IMG/VR virus record: IMGVR_UViG_3300017716_001831
Coordinates: 1 to 33,812 of that record
Strand: one strand, 5' to 3'
DNA from: a virus
Taxonomy: Duplodnaviria > Caudoviricetes
DNA: 33,812 nt
The notes beneath the pieces are model-generated. The model was not told the DNA's origin. It did not search any database and was given only the letters and a program-made list of their open reading frames with translations. Both the position numbers and the translations under genes were made by a program. Positions 8,421-15,713 of this stretch are shown one piece after another (the stretch's first letter is position 1; every line of letters begins with the position of its first letter).

Positions 8421-9776
8421 CTAATTTGCGGTCTGGTTGGTGAGTCCTGCGCCTGTCGCAGCTTTCACGAATCGTTCTGTTTCCTCGAGCTTGAGGCGTT
8501 GTACTAGTTCGGGGTCTGTTGCACCGAATGGCATGTCGTGCGCCATTTCTACTGTGTCAACGCATTTGACGACTGCAGCGGTTTCGGCGATGTTCCATTT
8601 GGCTTGACGGCTGCGTACTGCTTTTGGTCCTGCGCAACCCTCGGGCCATTCAGCCTGGAGTGTTGTGATGAACCCTTGTTCGCCGATGATGCGGATGCGT
8701 TCTAGTAACCAGAGGCGACGGATGTGGAGCATGTGTTCACGCTCTTCGAGTGCAGCCTCGTCTGCGGTGATGTGTGTGGGGGTGTCGGATGTGGGTGAGG
8801 GTGCAGCAATTTGCGCAACCGAGGAGGCGGTCACCTCACCCACATCCTGTTCTGTTGCAGGTGTGCTTATATCTGCAGCAGAGGTTGGTGTGCTGGCGGC
8901 AGGTTCCGTGGGAGCCACCACAGCCTCATCGGCCCGCTCACCGCCAGCACTAACAAAGGGTACTAGCAGTTTGCGTGCCTTACGCCACTCACGCACCTCC
9001 ATCGCACACTCCAACGCTTCAAACCCTCGTTCGATGTTGAGGGCGTGTAGCGTGCAGCTGCCCGATTCGGGCTCGCAGTGAATGATAAACGCCTGTTGCT
9101 TGTTAACTGCTGGCATCGGTGCCCGGAGATCCTCCGAGCCGTCAACCGCAGCACCTTGGATGTATACGTTGTCTGCGTTGGCGTAGATCGATAGTTGGAT
9201 TGCCCAACCGAGCGCACCGTATGCCACACTGCTACCGGTTTTAAGGTCTGCAATGAACAGTTCGCCGTCACTGATGCGTTCGACGATGAGGTCTGCCATC
9301 CCTGCGACCTGATGTTTGTCGATCACAACCATGAGCTCGGAGCATTCATCGACTACCTGCAACCCTGCTTCACGCAACGTCTGATGTATTGCTGTGATGT
9401 CTGCTGCGTAAGTAGCCGGCGGTTTGTAACCAGGAGTGACACACGACTGCTCAAACATCTTGTGCAAAGCGGTCCCGAGGTCTCTGCGTGCTGTCGCACC
9501 GCCCGCTTCGGATGCCGATTCGCACAACCGGTCGAGGGCTTTTTTGTCTGCCGCATCGGTTGTTTGGACCATTGCTAGCAGATCAGGCCGCACCGCTAAA
9601 CCGAGTGCTGTCATGCGTTTACCCCACGCAGCGAGGTTGCTTGTGTCATCGAGTGCTTTGGCAATCGTTGTTGCCCTCGAGTAGCCCACAGGTTTCTTGC
9701 CCTTTAACGGCAACACCTTGTATCGCCCGTACTGGTCACGCCTTATCGGATCGGGGAGCGGTTCAATGACGCTCAT
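8421..9776 (-). CDS. PD-(D/E)xK exonuclease (Cas4/RecB-like) with C-terminal extension
   Basis: GTALH...E...VAGMADLIV...IADLKTG...IQLSIYA motifs. Confidence 0.85.
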   Translation of the reverse strand: MSVIEPLPDPIRRDQYGRYKVLPLKGKKPVGYSRATTIAKALDDTSNLAAWGKRMTALGLAVRPDLLAMVQTTDAADKKALDRLCESASEAGGATARRDLGTALHKMFEQSCVTPGYKPPATYAADITAIHQTLREAGLQVVDECSELMVVIDKHQVAGMADLIVERISDGELFIADLKTGSSVAYGALGWAIQLSIYANADNVYIQGAAVDGSEDLRAPMPAVNKQQAFIIHCEPESGSCTLHALNIERGFEALECAMEVREWRKARKLLVPFVSAGGERADEAVVAPTEPAASTPTSAADISTPATEQDVGEVTASSVAQIAAPSPTSDTPTHITADEAALEEREHMLHIRRLWLLERIRIIGEQGFITTLQAEWPEGCAGPKAVRSRQAKWNIAETAAVVKCVDTVEMAHDMPFGATDPELVQRLKLEETERFVKAATGAGLTNQTAN

Positions 9777-10051
9777 GTTGGTCCGTTTCGGAGCAGTTCT
9801 TCCGAGGCTGCGACGATGGCAAGGCCAATCAGTTGCATCTGCACAATCTTCTCCTCCGAGGTTTCACCCTCAAGGAAGAAAGTTGCTCGCCCAACATGGA
9901 ACGCAATGTGCTCGTGGCCTTCTGCGTCTTTTAGGTAATCGGCTTGGACCATTTTGCCGTTGTTGCCGTGGAAGCTCACACCGGTGATACTTGCCCGCAT
10001 TGATTCTTGGCGTGCCGCCCGGTTGTACTCGTACCTGTCTGTGTTGCTCAT
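9773..10051 (-). CDS. hypothetical protein (paralogue of 6811-7125)
   Basis: ATG at 10051 after AAAGGA; FHGNNGKMV...HIAFHVGRATFFLEG. Confidence 0.7.
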   Translation of the reverse strand: MSNTDRYEYNRAARQESMRASITGVSFHGNNGKMVQADYLKDAEGHEHIAFHVGRATFFLEGETSEEKIVQMQLIGLAIVAASEELLRNGPT

Positions 10052-10115
10052 GTGCTCTTGTCCTTTTGTGGTGGTAGTTGTGGTGGTAAGTGTGGTGGTG
10101 GGGTGTGACACTAAC

Positions 10116-10265
10116 TCAGCGTGAGCCAGGGTGACGGTATTTTGCTAACTGGATCTGCCGCTTGCGGTCTGAGCGTGCCTTGATGCGTGCCGGTATGTCT
10201 CTGCCGAAGACGTACAGGCCGACACCAAAGATCATCGCAAACCCGAGTATCTGATCTTTGCTCAT
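10116..10265 (-). CDS. small membrane protein, 49 aa
   Basis: Translated by hand: MSKDQILGFAMIFGVGLYVFGRDIPARIKARSDRKRQIQLAKYRHPGSR; ATGA overlap with the upstream gene and AGGAG SD. Confidence 0.6.
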   Translation of the reverse strand: MSKDQILGFAMIFGVGLYVFGRDIPARIKARSDRKRQIQLAKYRHPGSR

Positions 10266-10462
10266 TCGCCATTCTCCTCTTGCTCAAGCGCTAGGTCTGC
10301 TGCGACATCGAGTATGTATTCGTGGTCAAAGATCATCTGACCGTTGCCGAGTGTGAACTCTGGTTTGAGTTGGCCGTTATGAACCCACCGTGTGACAGTC
10401 GCACGGTTAATACCGAGGATGAACGCAACTTCGGTTGTTGTGATCTTGCCTTCACTGGTCAT
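10262..10462 (-). CDS. excisionase/MerR-like helix-turn-helix DNA-binding protein
   Basis: ITTTEVAFILGINRATVTRWVHNGQL...GQMIF pattern. Confidence 0.8.
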   Translation of the reverse strand: MTSEGKITTTEVAFILGINRATVTRWVHNGQLKPEFTLGNGQMIFDHEYILDVAADLALEQEENGE

Positions 10463-10679
10463 CAGTCGCCCTCTCTTCTGCTGCCATCTTCATCGCTTGC
10501 ACTGCACGGTTGATTAGAAGGTTTGACAGGGTGAACGCATCATCTGCGCTCATCCTCCATTCCATAAACCCGCACGACTCATCGAACTCGATCCACTTCG
10601 ATGCGGATGAGATGATGACCACTGGCACGCCAGCATCGGATACGCATGCACCGCCGATTACCTCGCCGTCGTTGCTCAT
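10452..10679 (-). CDS. hypothetical protein
   Basis: ATG at 10679 in ATGA overlap with the upstream stop. Confidence 0.6.
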   Translation of the reverse strand: MSNDGEVIGGACVSDAGVPVVIISSASKWIEFDESCGFMEWRMSADDAFTLSNLLINRAVQAMKMAAEERATDDQ

Positions 10680-11017
10680 AGCTGGCACCCTGCGATCAGG
10701 TGTGTGCCAGCTGGTGTGATGAGCTCGATGGTGTAATCACCTTTGTCGCCGCAAGCAGATGTTGCGTTGATACCAGAGTCAACAAGGTCGGCAACGATCT
10801 GCGCACAGCAGTCTTGCGACTCGTGGTGTAGGCCGCTGCGTGTCTCGTTGTCTACGCCTTCGAGCAGTTCGTAAATCGCTTTGTGTTGTGCTGTGTCTTG
10901 GAATGTTTCACGCAACGCCATGCCAAGTTCTTTGATCTGAGCGAGATGTTTGTTGTAGGTGAGGATCTGATCCTCGAGCCGGAGGTTGTGTAGGAGTCCT
11001 GCTGTAATTGCATTCAT
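10676..11017 (-). CDS. hypothetical protein, first gene of the early operon
   Basis: ATG at 11017 after AAAGGACAAAC; the longer ORF-track start would overlap the opposite-strand methyltransferase. Confidence 0.65.
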   Translation of the reverse strand: MNAITAGLLHNLRLEDQILTYNKHLAQIKELGMALRETFQDTAQHKAIYELLEGVDNETRSGLHHESQDCCAQIVADLVDSGINATSACGDKGDYTIELITPAGTHLIAGCQL

Positions 11018-11066
11018 GTGTTGTTTGTCCTTTGTGGTGGTGTGGTGGTACGCCCCGTTTCGTGGC

Positions 11067-11094
11067 GTGCAACCATTGTTGCACAGGTTGCAAC
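11067..11094. promoter_or_regulatory. operator-like palindromes in the divergent intergenic region
   Basis: GTGCAAC-CATT-GTTGCAC at 11067-11084 and GTTGCAAC at 11087-11094, between divergent starts 11017(-) and 11148(+). Confidence 0.4.
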
Positions 11095-11147
11095 GATTCG
11101 TGCGGCATTTCTCAAGTGTCACATCCGTTACATGGCAGACTGTCCTC

Positions 11148-12146
11148 ATGGAGACGAAACTAATCAGCAGCCGTAACGGCAGTGCAGACGCTCGCTCTCC
11201 AGAGTTGCTTGATGAACTCGTCCCTGAGGGCGTCCTATCGGCAATCACGGCTGAACCTCAACGGGCCGTGCCAAAGTTGGCTAAGGACGTCGACGTCTGC
11301 GCCGCTATTGAGGAGGCATGTGGGAAGATTCCGACATCCCATCAACTGGCATGTGGCGATGCCCGGGATCTTTCGTTCATTCCTGATGGCGCCGTTCAGC
11401 TGATTGTCACCTCTCCTCCTTACTGGACGTTAAAGGAATACGACGACGGACCAGCACAATTAGGGCACGTCGAGGATTACGAGTTGTTTAATGAACAGTT
11501 GGCTCTCGTTTGGGCTGAGTGTCTTCGCGTTCTTCAACCAGGCGGCAGACTCGTAATCAACGTCGGAGATGTATGCCTTCCTCGCCGCCGATTTGGTCGC
11601 CATGTTGTTGTGCCCCTCCACGCCACGATCCAGGAGCATTGCAGAACGATAGGCTTTGACAACCTTGCCACTTTGGTGTGGTACAAGATTTCAAACGCAA
11701 AGTTCGAGGCTGGCGGGGGCGCCTTTCTTGGCAAACCTTACGAGCCCAACGCCGTAATCAAGAATGACATCGAGTGGGTGCTCTTTCAAAAAAAGCCGGG
11801 TGGTTATAGGAGCCCAACCTACGCAGAGCGCTGCCTTTCAATTATCCCTGCGGAACGGCATCGCGAGTGGTTTCAACAGATTTGGACGCTTGGCGGTGCT
11901 TCAACGAAGAATCACCCAGCCCCCTTTCCACTCGCCTTTGCAGAACGTCTTGTGAGGATGTTTTCATTCGTTGGGGACACGGTACTTGACCCCTTTTCTG
12001 GGACAGCGACTACGTCTGCGGCGGCGATGGCTTGGGGGCGTGATTCGATTGGGGTGGAGAGCCAAGCTGCCTACCATTCGATGGCAGTAGAAAGGATCGA
12101 GGCTGCTGCGCTGGCGTCTCCCAAACCTATGGCGAGAAAACGGTGA
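11148..12146 (+). CDS. DNA N4-cytosine/N6-adenine methyltransferase, beta class (N6_N4_Mtase)
   Basis: Catalytic IVTSPPY precedes HPAPFP and SAM-binding VLDPFSGTATT; probable ATG at 11148. Confidence 0.92.
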   Translation: METKLISSRNGSADARSPELLDELVPEGVLSAITAEPQRAVPKLAKDVDVCAAIEEACGKIPTSHQLACGDARDLSFIPDGAVQLIVTSPPYWTLKEYDDGPAQLGHVEDYELFNEQLALVWAECLRVLQPGGRLVINVGDVCLPRRRFGRHVVVPLHATIQEHCRTIGFDNLATLVWYKISNAKFEAGGGAFLGKPYEPNAVIKNDIEWVLFQKKPGGYRSPTYAERCLSIIPAERHREWFQQIWTLGGASTKNHPAPFPLAFAERLVRMFSFVGDTVLDPFSGTATTSAAAMAWGRDSIGVESQAAYHSMAVERIEAAALASPKPMARKR

Positions 12147-12219
12147 GGGACAGCTCTCTGCCGCCTTTTGAGAGGGTATGCGTGCATCGGCAGGCTCGAA
12201 GTTGTTAGGGTAAATGGTG

Positions 12220-12243
12220 AAGCCCACGCAACAGCGTGGGCTT
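12220..12243 (+). terminator. hairpin downstream of the methyltransferase (possible terminator)
   Basis: AAGCCCACGC-AACA-GCGTGGGCTT perfect 10-bp stem; only a weak T-tail. Confidence 0.45.
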
Positions 12244-12273
12244 GTTCCATATCCCGACCAGGAGACAATCAAT

Positions 12274-12699
12274 ATGATACGCACACCAAAGGCTGCGGCA
12301 CTGCTGTTTGCCGTTACAATCCCGTTACTCTTTGCAGCTAGTTGCACACCAGATGAGATAGCGCTTTACGCAACGATGACCGCTGATGAGCAGGCCGCTG
12401 TAAAAGCGCACTTGCAAGCGCAAGCCGCACCAGCTGCGCCAGCGCACACACCTCCTGGCGGTTTCCTCGCCTGCGTGCGTAGGCATGAGTCCGGTGGGAA
12501 CTATCAGGCCGAGAACCCTGTGAGCACAGCATCAGGTGCGTACCAGTTTCTTGATTCAACCTGGCGCACGATGTCTGCTCGAGCAGGCCACAGTGGTTGG
12601 GGTCATGCAGCATCAGCACCACCATGGGTGCAAGACGCTGTTGCACAGTTCACAGTCGATTCTGGTTGGCGGTCTGCTTGGAACGGTACGGGCTGCTAA
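12274..12699 (+). CDS. Rpf-like lytic transglycosylase, predicted lipoprotein
   Basis: Signal peptide MIRTPKAAALLFAVTIPLLFAAS-C24; FLACVRRHESGGNY...GAYQF..STW...QD.VA...W...C lysozyme-like Rpf motif; AGGAG SD. Confidence 0.85.
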   Translation: MIRTPKAAALLFAVTIPLLFAASCTPDEIALYATMTADEQAAVKAHLQAQAAPAAPAHTPPGGFLACVRRHESGGNYQAENPVSTASGAYQFLDSTWRTMSARAGHSGWGHAASAPPWVQDAVAQFTVDSGWRSAWNGTGC

Positions 12700-12720
12700 A
12701 ACATAACTGCGGACATGAAA

Positions 12721-12811
12721 GAACCCCCACATCGGCGCAGTGGGCTTGCGCACAAGATGTGGGGGTTCAATCTGACGGCCTGCAGAAGAGGACAAACAAA
12801 ACTGCGCCGTC
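12721..12811 (-). ncRNA. structured two-hairpin non-coding element (candidate antisense RNA; also a likely terminator between convergent genes)
   Basis: Stem GAACCCCCACATC/GATGTGGGGGTTC (12721-12768) with inner GCGCA/TGCGC stem; second stem GACGGC..GCAG/CTGC-GCCGTC (12774-12811); loops complementary to 27931-27984. Confidence 0.55.
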
Positions 12812-12817
12812 GACCTG

Positions 12818-13183
12818 TTAACCCTCGGTGTCGGTTTTGGCTGCTGCTTGCATCATGCGAAGCAGTCGCCCATCCTGATCAGATATCTCAGCCATACGGG
12901 TTTCAACAATCTGAAGCCGTACATGGATCGGCGGTGCAAGCCCGTTCGGGCCGAGGTGATAACGGTTGTAAGCATCAGCGTGCTCGACCTGCTGCCCAAG
13001 CTCGGTGATCTGGTCGTTTGTCGGTTCGAGTGATTCTTTGAAGTGGCGTTCAAACCATCGGCCGAGACTGCCAGTTACTTTTTCAAACAGTACGAACATT
13101 GCGCCTAGTCCTATAATCGTGCCGCCAATAATCCCGACAGTGAGACTCACCACTTGTATTGGTTCTAGCTCTGCAGCAAACAC
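12818..13183 (-). CDS. membrane-anchored coiled-coil protein (possible lysis accessory)
   Basis: N-terminal hydrophobic helix VVSLTVGIIGGTIIGLGAMFVLF; last gene of the late operon. Confidence 0.65.
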   Translation of the reverse strand: MFAAELEPIQVVSLTVGIIGGTIIGLGAMFVLFEKVTGSLGRWFERHFKESLEPTNDQITELGQQVEHADAYNRYHLGPNGLAPPIHVRLQIVETRMAEISDQDGRLLRMMQAAAKTDTEG

Positions 13184-13185
13184 AA

Positions 13186-13446
13186 TCAGCCTCCGAGTGA
13201 AACGATTGCAGCGGCAAGACCTTCAGTGATCGCAGCTTTGATTTCTGGGATAGTCCCAGCAGGGTCGAGCCTGACTGTGATCTCATCGGAGATGGTTTGT
13301 GCAGCGTGAACCTCTGGCGATAGTTGTGGTTCTGGTTCTGGGTCTGCTGCCAGCTGTGCGTAGAAAGCTGCAGAAGGTGTGACGAGTAGCCAGGTGATCC
13401 CATCTTCTGATTCCCAGTCGCCGTTTACGTCGGTGCGTTCCATCAT
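13186..13446 (-). CDS. hypothetical protein (tail-fibre associated)
   Basis: Contiguous with the tail fibre gene (ATGA overlap). Confidence 0.6.
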   Translation of the reverse strand: MMERTDVNGDWESEDGITWLLVTPSAAFYAQLAADPEPEPQLSPEVHAAQTISDEITVRLDPAGTIPEIKAAITEGLAAAIVSLGG

Positions 13447-14318
13447 GCGAGTCCTAACACTGTTACCTCGGAGCCGGTTGCGAAGTTGTCAACAGATGGA
13501 AACACAGTGATCGATGTGATTGCAGCTGCAACACCTGTGAAGAACAGCGAGTTAGATGTGACTGCGACACCAGCGGTGGAGTTTGAGAGGATGTGAGCGC
13601 CACGTTGCAAACCAACCGTGAACTTGGTTGTTGAGCCAACAGCAAAATCGCACTCCCAGAACCCTTGCCTGTTCGTGTTTGTAAGTGAACCGGGCAGTGA
13701 ACCGTTGTTGTTGAATGAGGTTTGCGGTGATGTGCTTGCGTTGATCGAATATTCTGCAGCGGTTGAGTTGTTGACTCTCATGCGGACACCAACAGATGTT
13801 GCTGCGCTATCACCTTTGCCAAGCACAACAATCTTCACTGCTTGGTATCCGGTCGGGTTTACGTCCACTGATGCTGTCGGTGATGTAAACGTGGTTTTAC
13901 TGATCACCACATACCCAGTGTTCAAGGTGTTCAGAATGGTTTTATCGGCGGCACTGAGCGAACCAGCTGCACTCGTCGAAGCCGCTGCGATACTGATCAC
14001 AGGTGCCGCACCACCACTGCTCGAAATGGGTGCGGTGCCTGTCACGCCTGTGACAGTCGCACCAGCACCTACGCCATCAAGTTTCAGTTTGTCAGCTGCG
14101 CTCATCGACCCTGCCGCAGCAGTCGTGCTTGCAGTGATCGTCACGTTAGGTGTGATGGTGGCGGTTCCAGTGATGACCACTGGGGCTGAACCCGTCACCG
14201 ATGTTACGGTGCCGGAACCGCCACCACTCACTACCGAGCGGTCAATCGTGATTGTGATGCCACGGCCAGAGGTAAGCGTGATCGGTGGTTTGGATGAGGC
14301 GAGCGTCACAGCGGTCAT
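13443..14318 (-). CDS. tail fibre-like protein
   Basis: Thr/Ser/Gly-rich; two repeats VT.VTG.AP...A.T.AAGS.SAADK; ATG at 14318 in ATGA overlap. Confidence 0.7.
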   Translation of the reverse strand: MTAVTLASSKPPITLTSGRGITITIDRSVVSGGGSGTVTSVTGSAPVVITGTATITPNVTITASTTAAAGSMSAADKLKLDGVGAGATVTGVTGTAPISSSGGAAPVISIAAASTSAAGSLSAADKTILNTLNTGYVVISKTTFTSPTASVDVNPTGYQAVKIVVLGKGDSAATSVGVRMRVNNSTAAEYSINASTSPQTSFNNNGSLPGSLTNTNRQGFWECDFAVGSTTKFTVGLQRGAHILSNSTAGVAVTSNSLFFTGVAAAITSITVFPSVDNFATGSEVTVLGLA

Positions 14319-14671
14319 AGCGTCCAATCCTGAACTACGAAAAGGCCGGCGCACAACGGCACATCATTCGTGCCATCATTCCATTGCATCGACCACCAGT
14401 AAGTACCAGGTGTGAGCGTTGCGATGCTTTCATCAATGCGGATCTTGAATGCACCAGTGGCCGCTGATGTCACCGTGACAGTAAAAGTTTTGAGTGCAGC
14501 TGCCGTGTACGGATCTGCGCATATCTCAGCGGTGATTGTGTACCCTGTGAGGTCTATCGCTGCGTCTGTTGCGGTGAGTGTTGCAATAAAGTTGTCGGTC
14601 CATGTGGTGTTCTCACGGACAGTCCAATTCACCTGCGCTCCACTGTCATCAAGTAAGACTTGTGCGCTCAT
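14315..14671 (-). CDS. virion protein (baseplate/BppU-N-like beta sandwich)
   Basis: IDLTGYTITAEI...LTPGTYWWSMQ...G.F.V pattern; ATG at 14671. Confidence 0.6.
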   Translation of the reverse strand: MSAQVLLDDSGAQVNWTVRENTTWTDNFIATLTATDAAIDLTGYTITAEICADPYTAAALKTFTVTVTSAATGAFKIRIDESIATLTPGTYWWSMQWNDGTNDVPLCAGLFVVQDWTL

Positions 14672-14853
14672 AGGTCGGGCCCCTTTGTGCTTGTGTTCAT
14701 TGATGCTAGACCGACCCCACAAACAGCACCGATGACTCCCGCCCAGAGTGCTGCGGTGCGTCCGTCAATGATGCCGTAGGCGGTTACCAGCGGCACTGCT
14801 GCGGTGAGCACACGGTAAATGTATGCCCTTGTGACTTCATCTTTTAGGCTCAT
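14668..14853 (-). CDS. holin
   Basis: Small two-helix hydrophobic protein RAYIYRVLTAAVPLVTAYGII...ALW...GLA.MNT directly after the endolysin. Confidence 0.75.
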   Translation of the reverse strand: MSLKDEVTRAYIYRVLTAAVPLVTAYGIIDGRTAALWAGVIGAVCGVGLASMNTSTKGPDL

Positions 14854-14864
14854 GTGTGGCCCTT

Positions 14865-15710
14865 TCATTTCGTTAGCCAGAACCAGGTTGCAGGCCCAAT
14901 GATTCCGTCCACTGGCATCTGCTTGGATGAAAGTTTGAAGAACCGTTTGACGTTGCGTTGGAAGCGTTTAGCTGCTGCGACTGATGCTGGCCCGAAGATC
15001 CCATCAACTACTAGATCAGGCCCATCAAGCTTGTTGTTCAGTAGGGCTTGCGCCCATTTCGCAGCATCGCCCCTAGAGCCTTGTTTGACGATCTGTTTGG
15101 ATGCTGCCGCTATCCCTGCTGCGATTGCTGCAAGGTCAACTGTCGGTGGTGCAGGCGGTGCTGGTTCTGGCGGTGGTGGTGTGCCGTTGCAGAGTTGCAT
15201 GACTCGAGCACGCATCTCATTGCCGGAGACGCTGTGCATATCAATCTTGCGTGACGGTGCCCACTCTTTATGCATACAACAATCAGCGACGAGCGCAGGG
15301 TTGTAGCTGATGAGTGCTGCGGTTACCTCTGCGACGTTTTGCAGCTGGTCGGGTCGCCATGGTTCAGCAGTTGTGCCGACGTTCTCAACCTCCACGCCCC
15401 AGTAGGCAGTGTTGCCAACACTGTTGCCGTTCCAACTGCCAGCACCAGCGTGATTAGCCCGACCTGCTGCGATCACCACGTTGCAGTTATCCCGACCCGT
15501 AAGCACATGGCACAGTGGGCCTGCAAGGTCTGCACGGCCGTTGGTCACAATGTTCAGGCTTGGAAGGTTGCGCCCCATGGCACTGGCGGTGTGGTGCCAC
15601 ATCACAGCCCTCGGAGCAAACAGTGTTGAGCCACGAGTTTGCCACCCTGGTTGTTCCTCAACCACAAGACCAGCACCACGCAAACGATCAGCAATCCCAG
15701 TATCTCTCAT
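14865..15710 (-). CDS. endolysin: N-acetylmuramoyl-L-alanine amidase + peptidoglycan-binding domain
   Basis: WHHTA...GPLCH...ANHAG...GVEVEN...HKEWAPSRKID; C-term VDGIFGPAS...FQ...VDGIIGPATW. Confidence 0.92.
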   Translation of the reverse strand: MRDTGIADRLRGAGLVVEEQPGWQTRGSTLFAPRAVMWHHTASAMGRNLPSLNIVTNGRADLAGPLCHVLTGRDNCNVVIAAGRANHAGAGSWNGNSVGNTAYWGVEVENVGTTAEPWRPDQLQNVAEVTAALISYNPALVADCCMHKEWAPSRKIDMHSVSGNEMRARVMQLCNGTPPPPEPAPPAPPTVDLAAIAAGIAAASKQIVKQGSRGDAAKWAQALLNNKLDGPDLVVDGIFGPASVAAAKRFQRNVKRFFKLSSKQMPVDGIIGPATWFWLTK

Positions 15711-15713
15711 CTT

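Noticed and set aside
8421-9776. Cas4-like nuclease as a sign of a CRISPR system
   Set aside because: No repeat-spacer array or other cas genes were seen; such exonucleases are routine in actinophage recombination modules.
10262-10462. Excisionase implying a temperate, integrating lifestyle
   Set aside because: No tyrosine or serine integrase or att site was recognised; this HTH family is also common as a plain regulator.
12220-12243. Hairpin containing AAGCCCAC/GTGGGCTT, the same core as loop 2 of the candidate antisense RNA
   Set aside because: Here the motif is buried in a stem and the match is only 8-9 nt, so it may be coincidental; kept only as a possible terminator.
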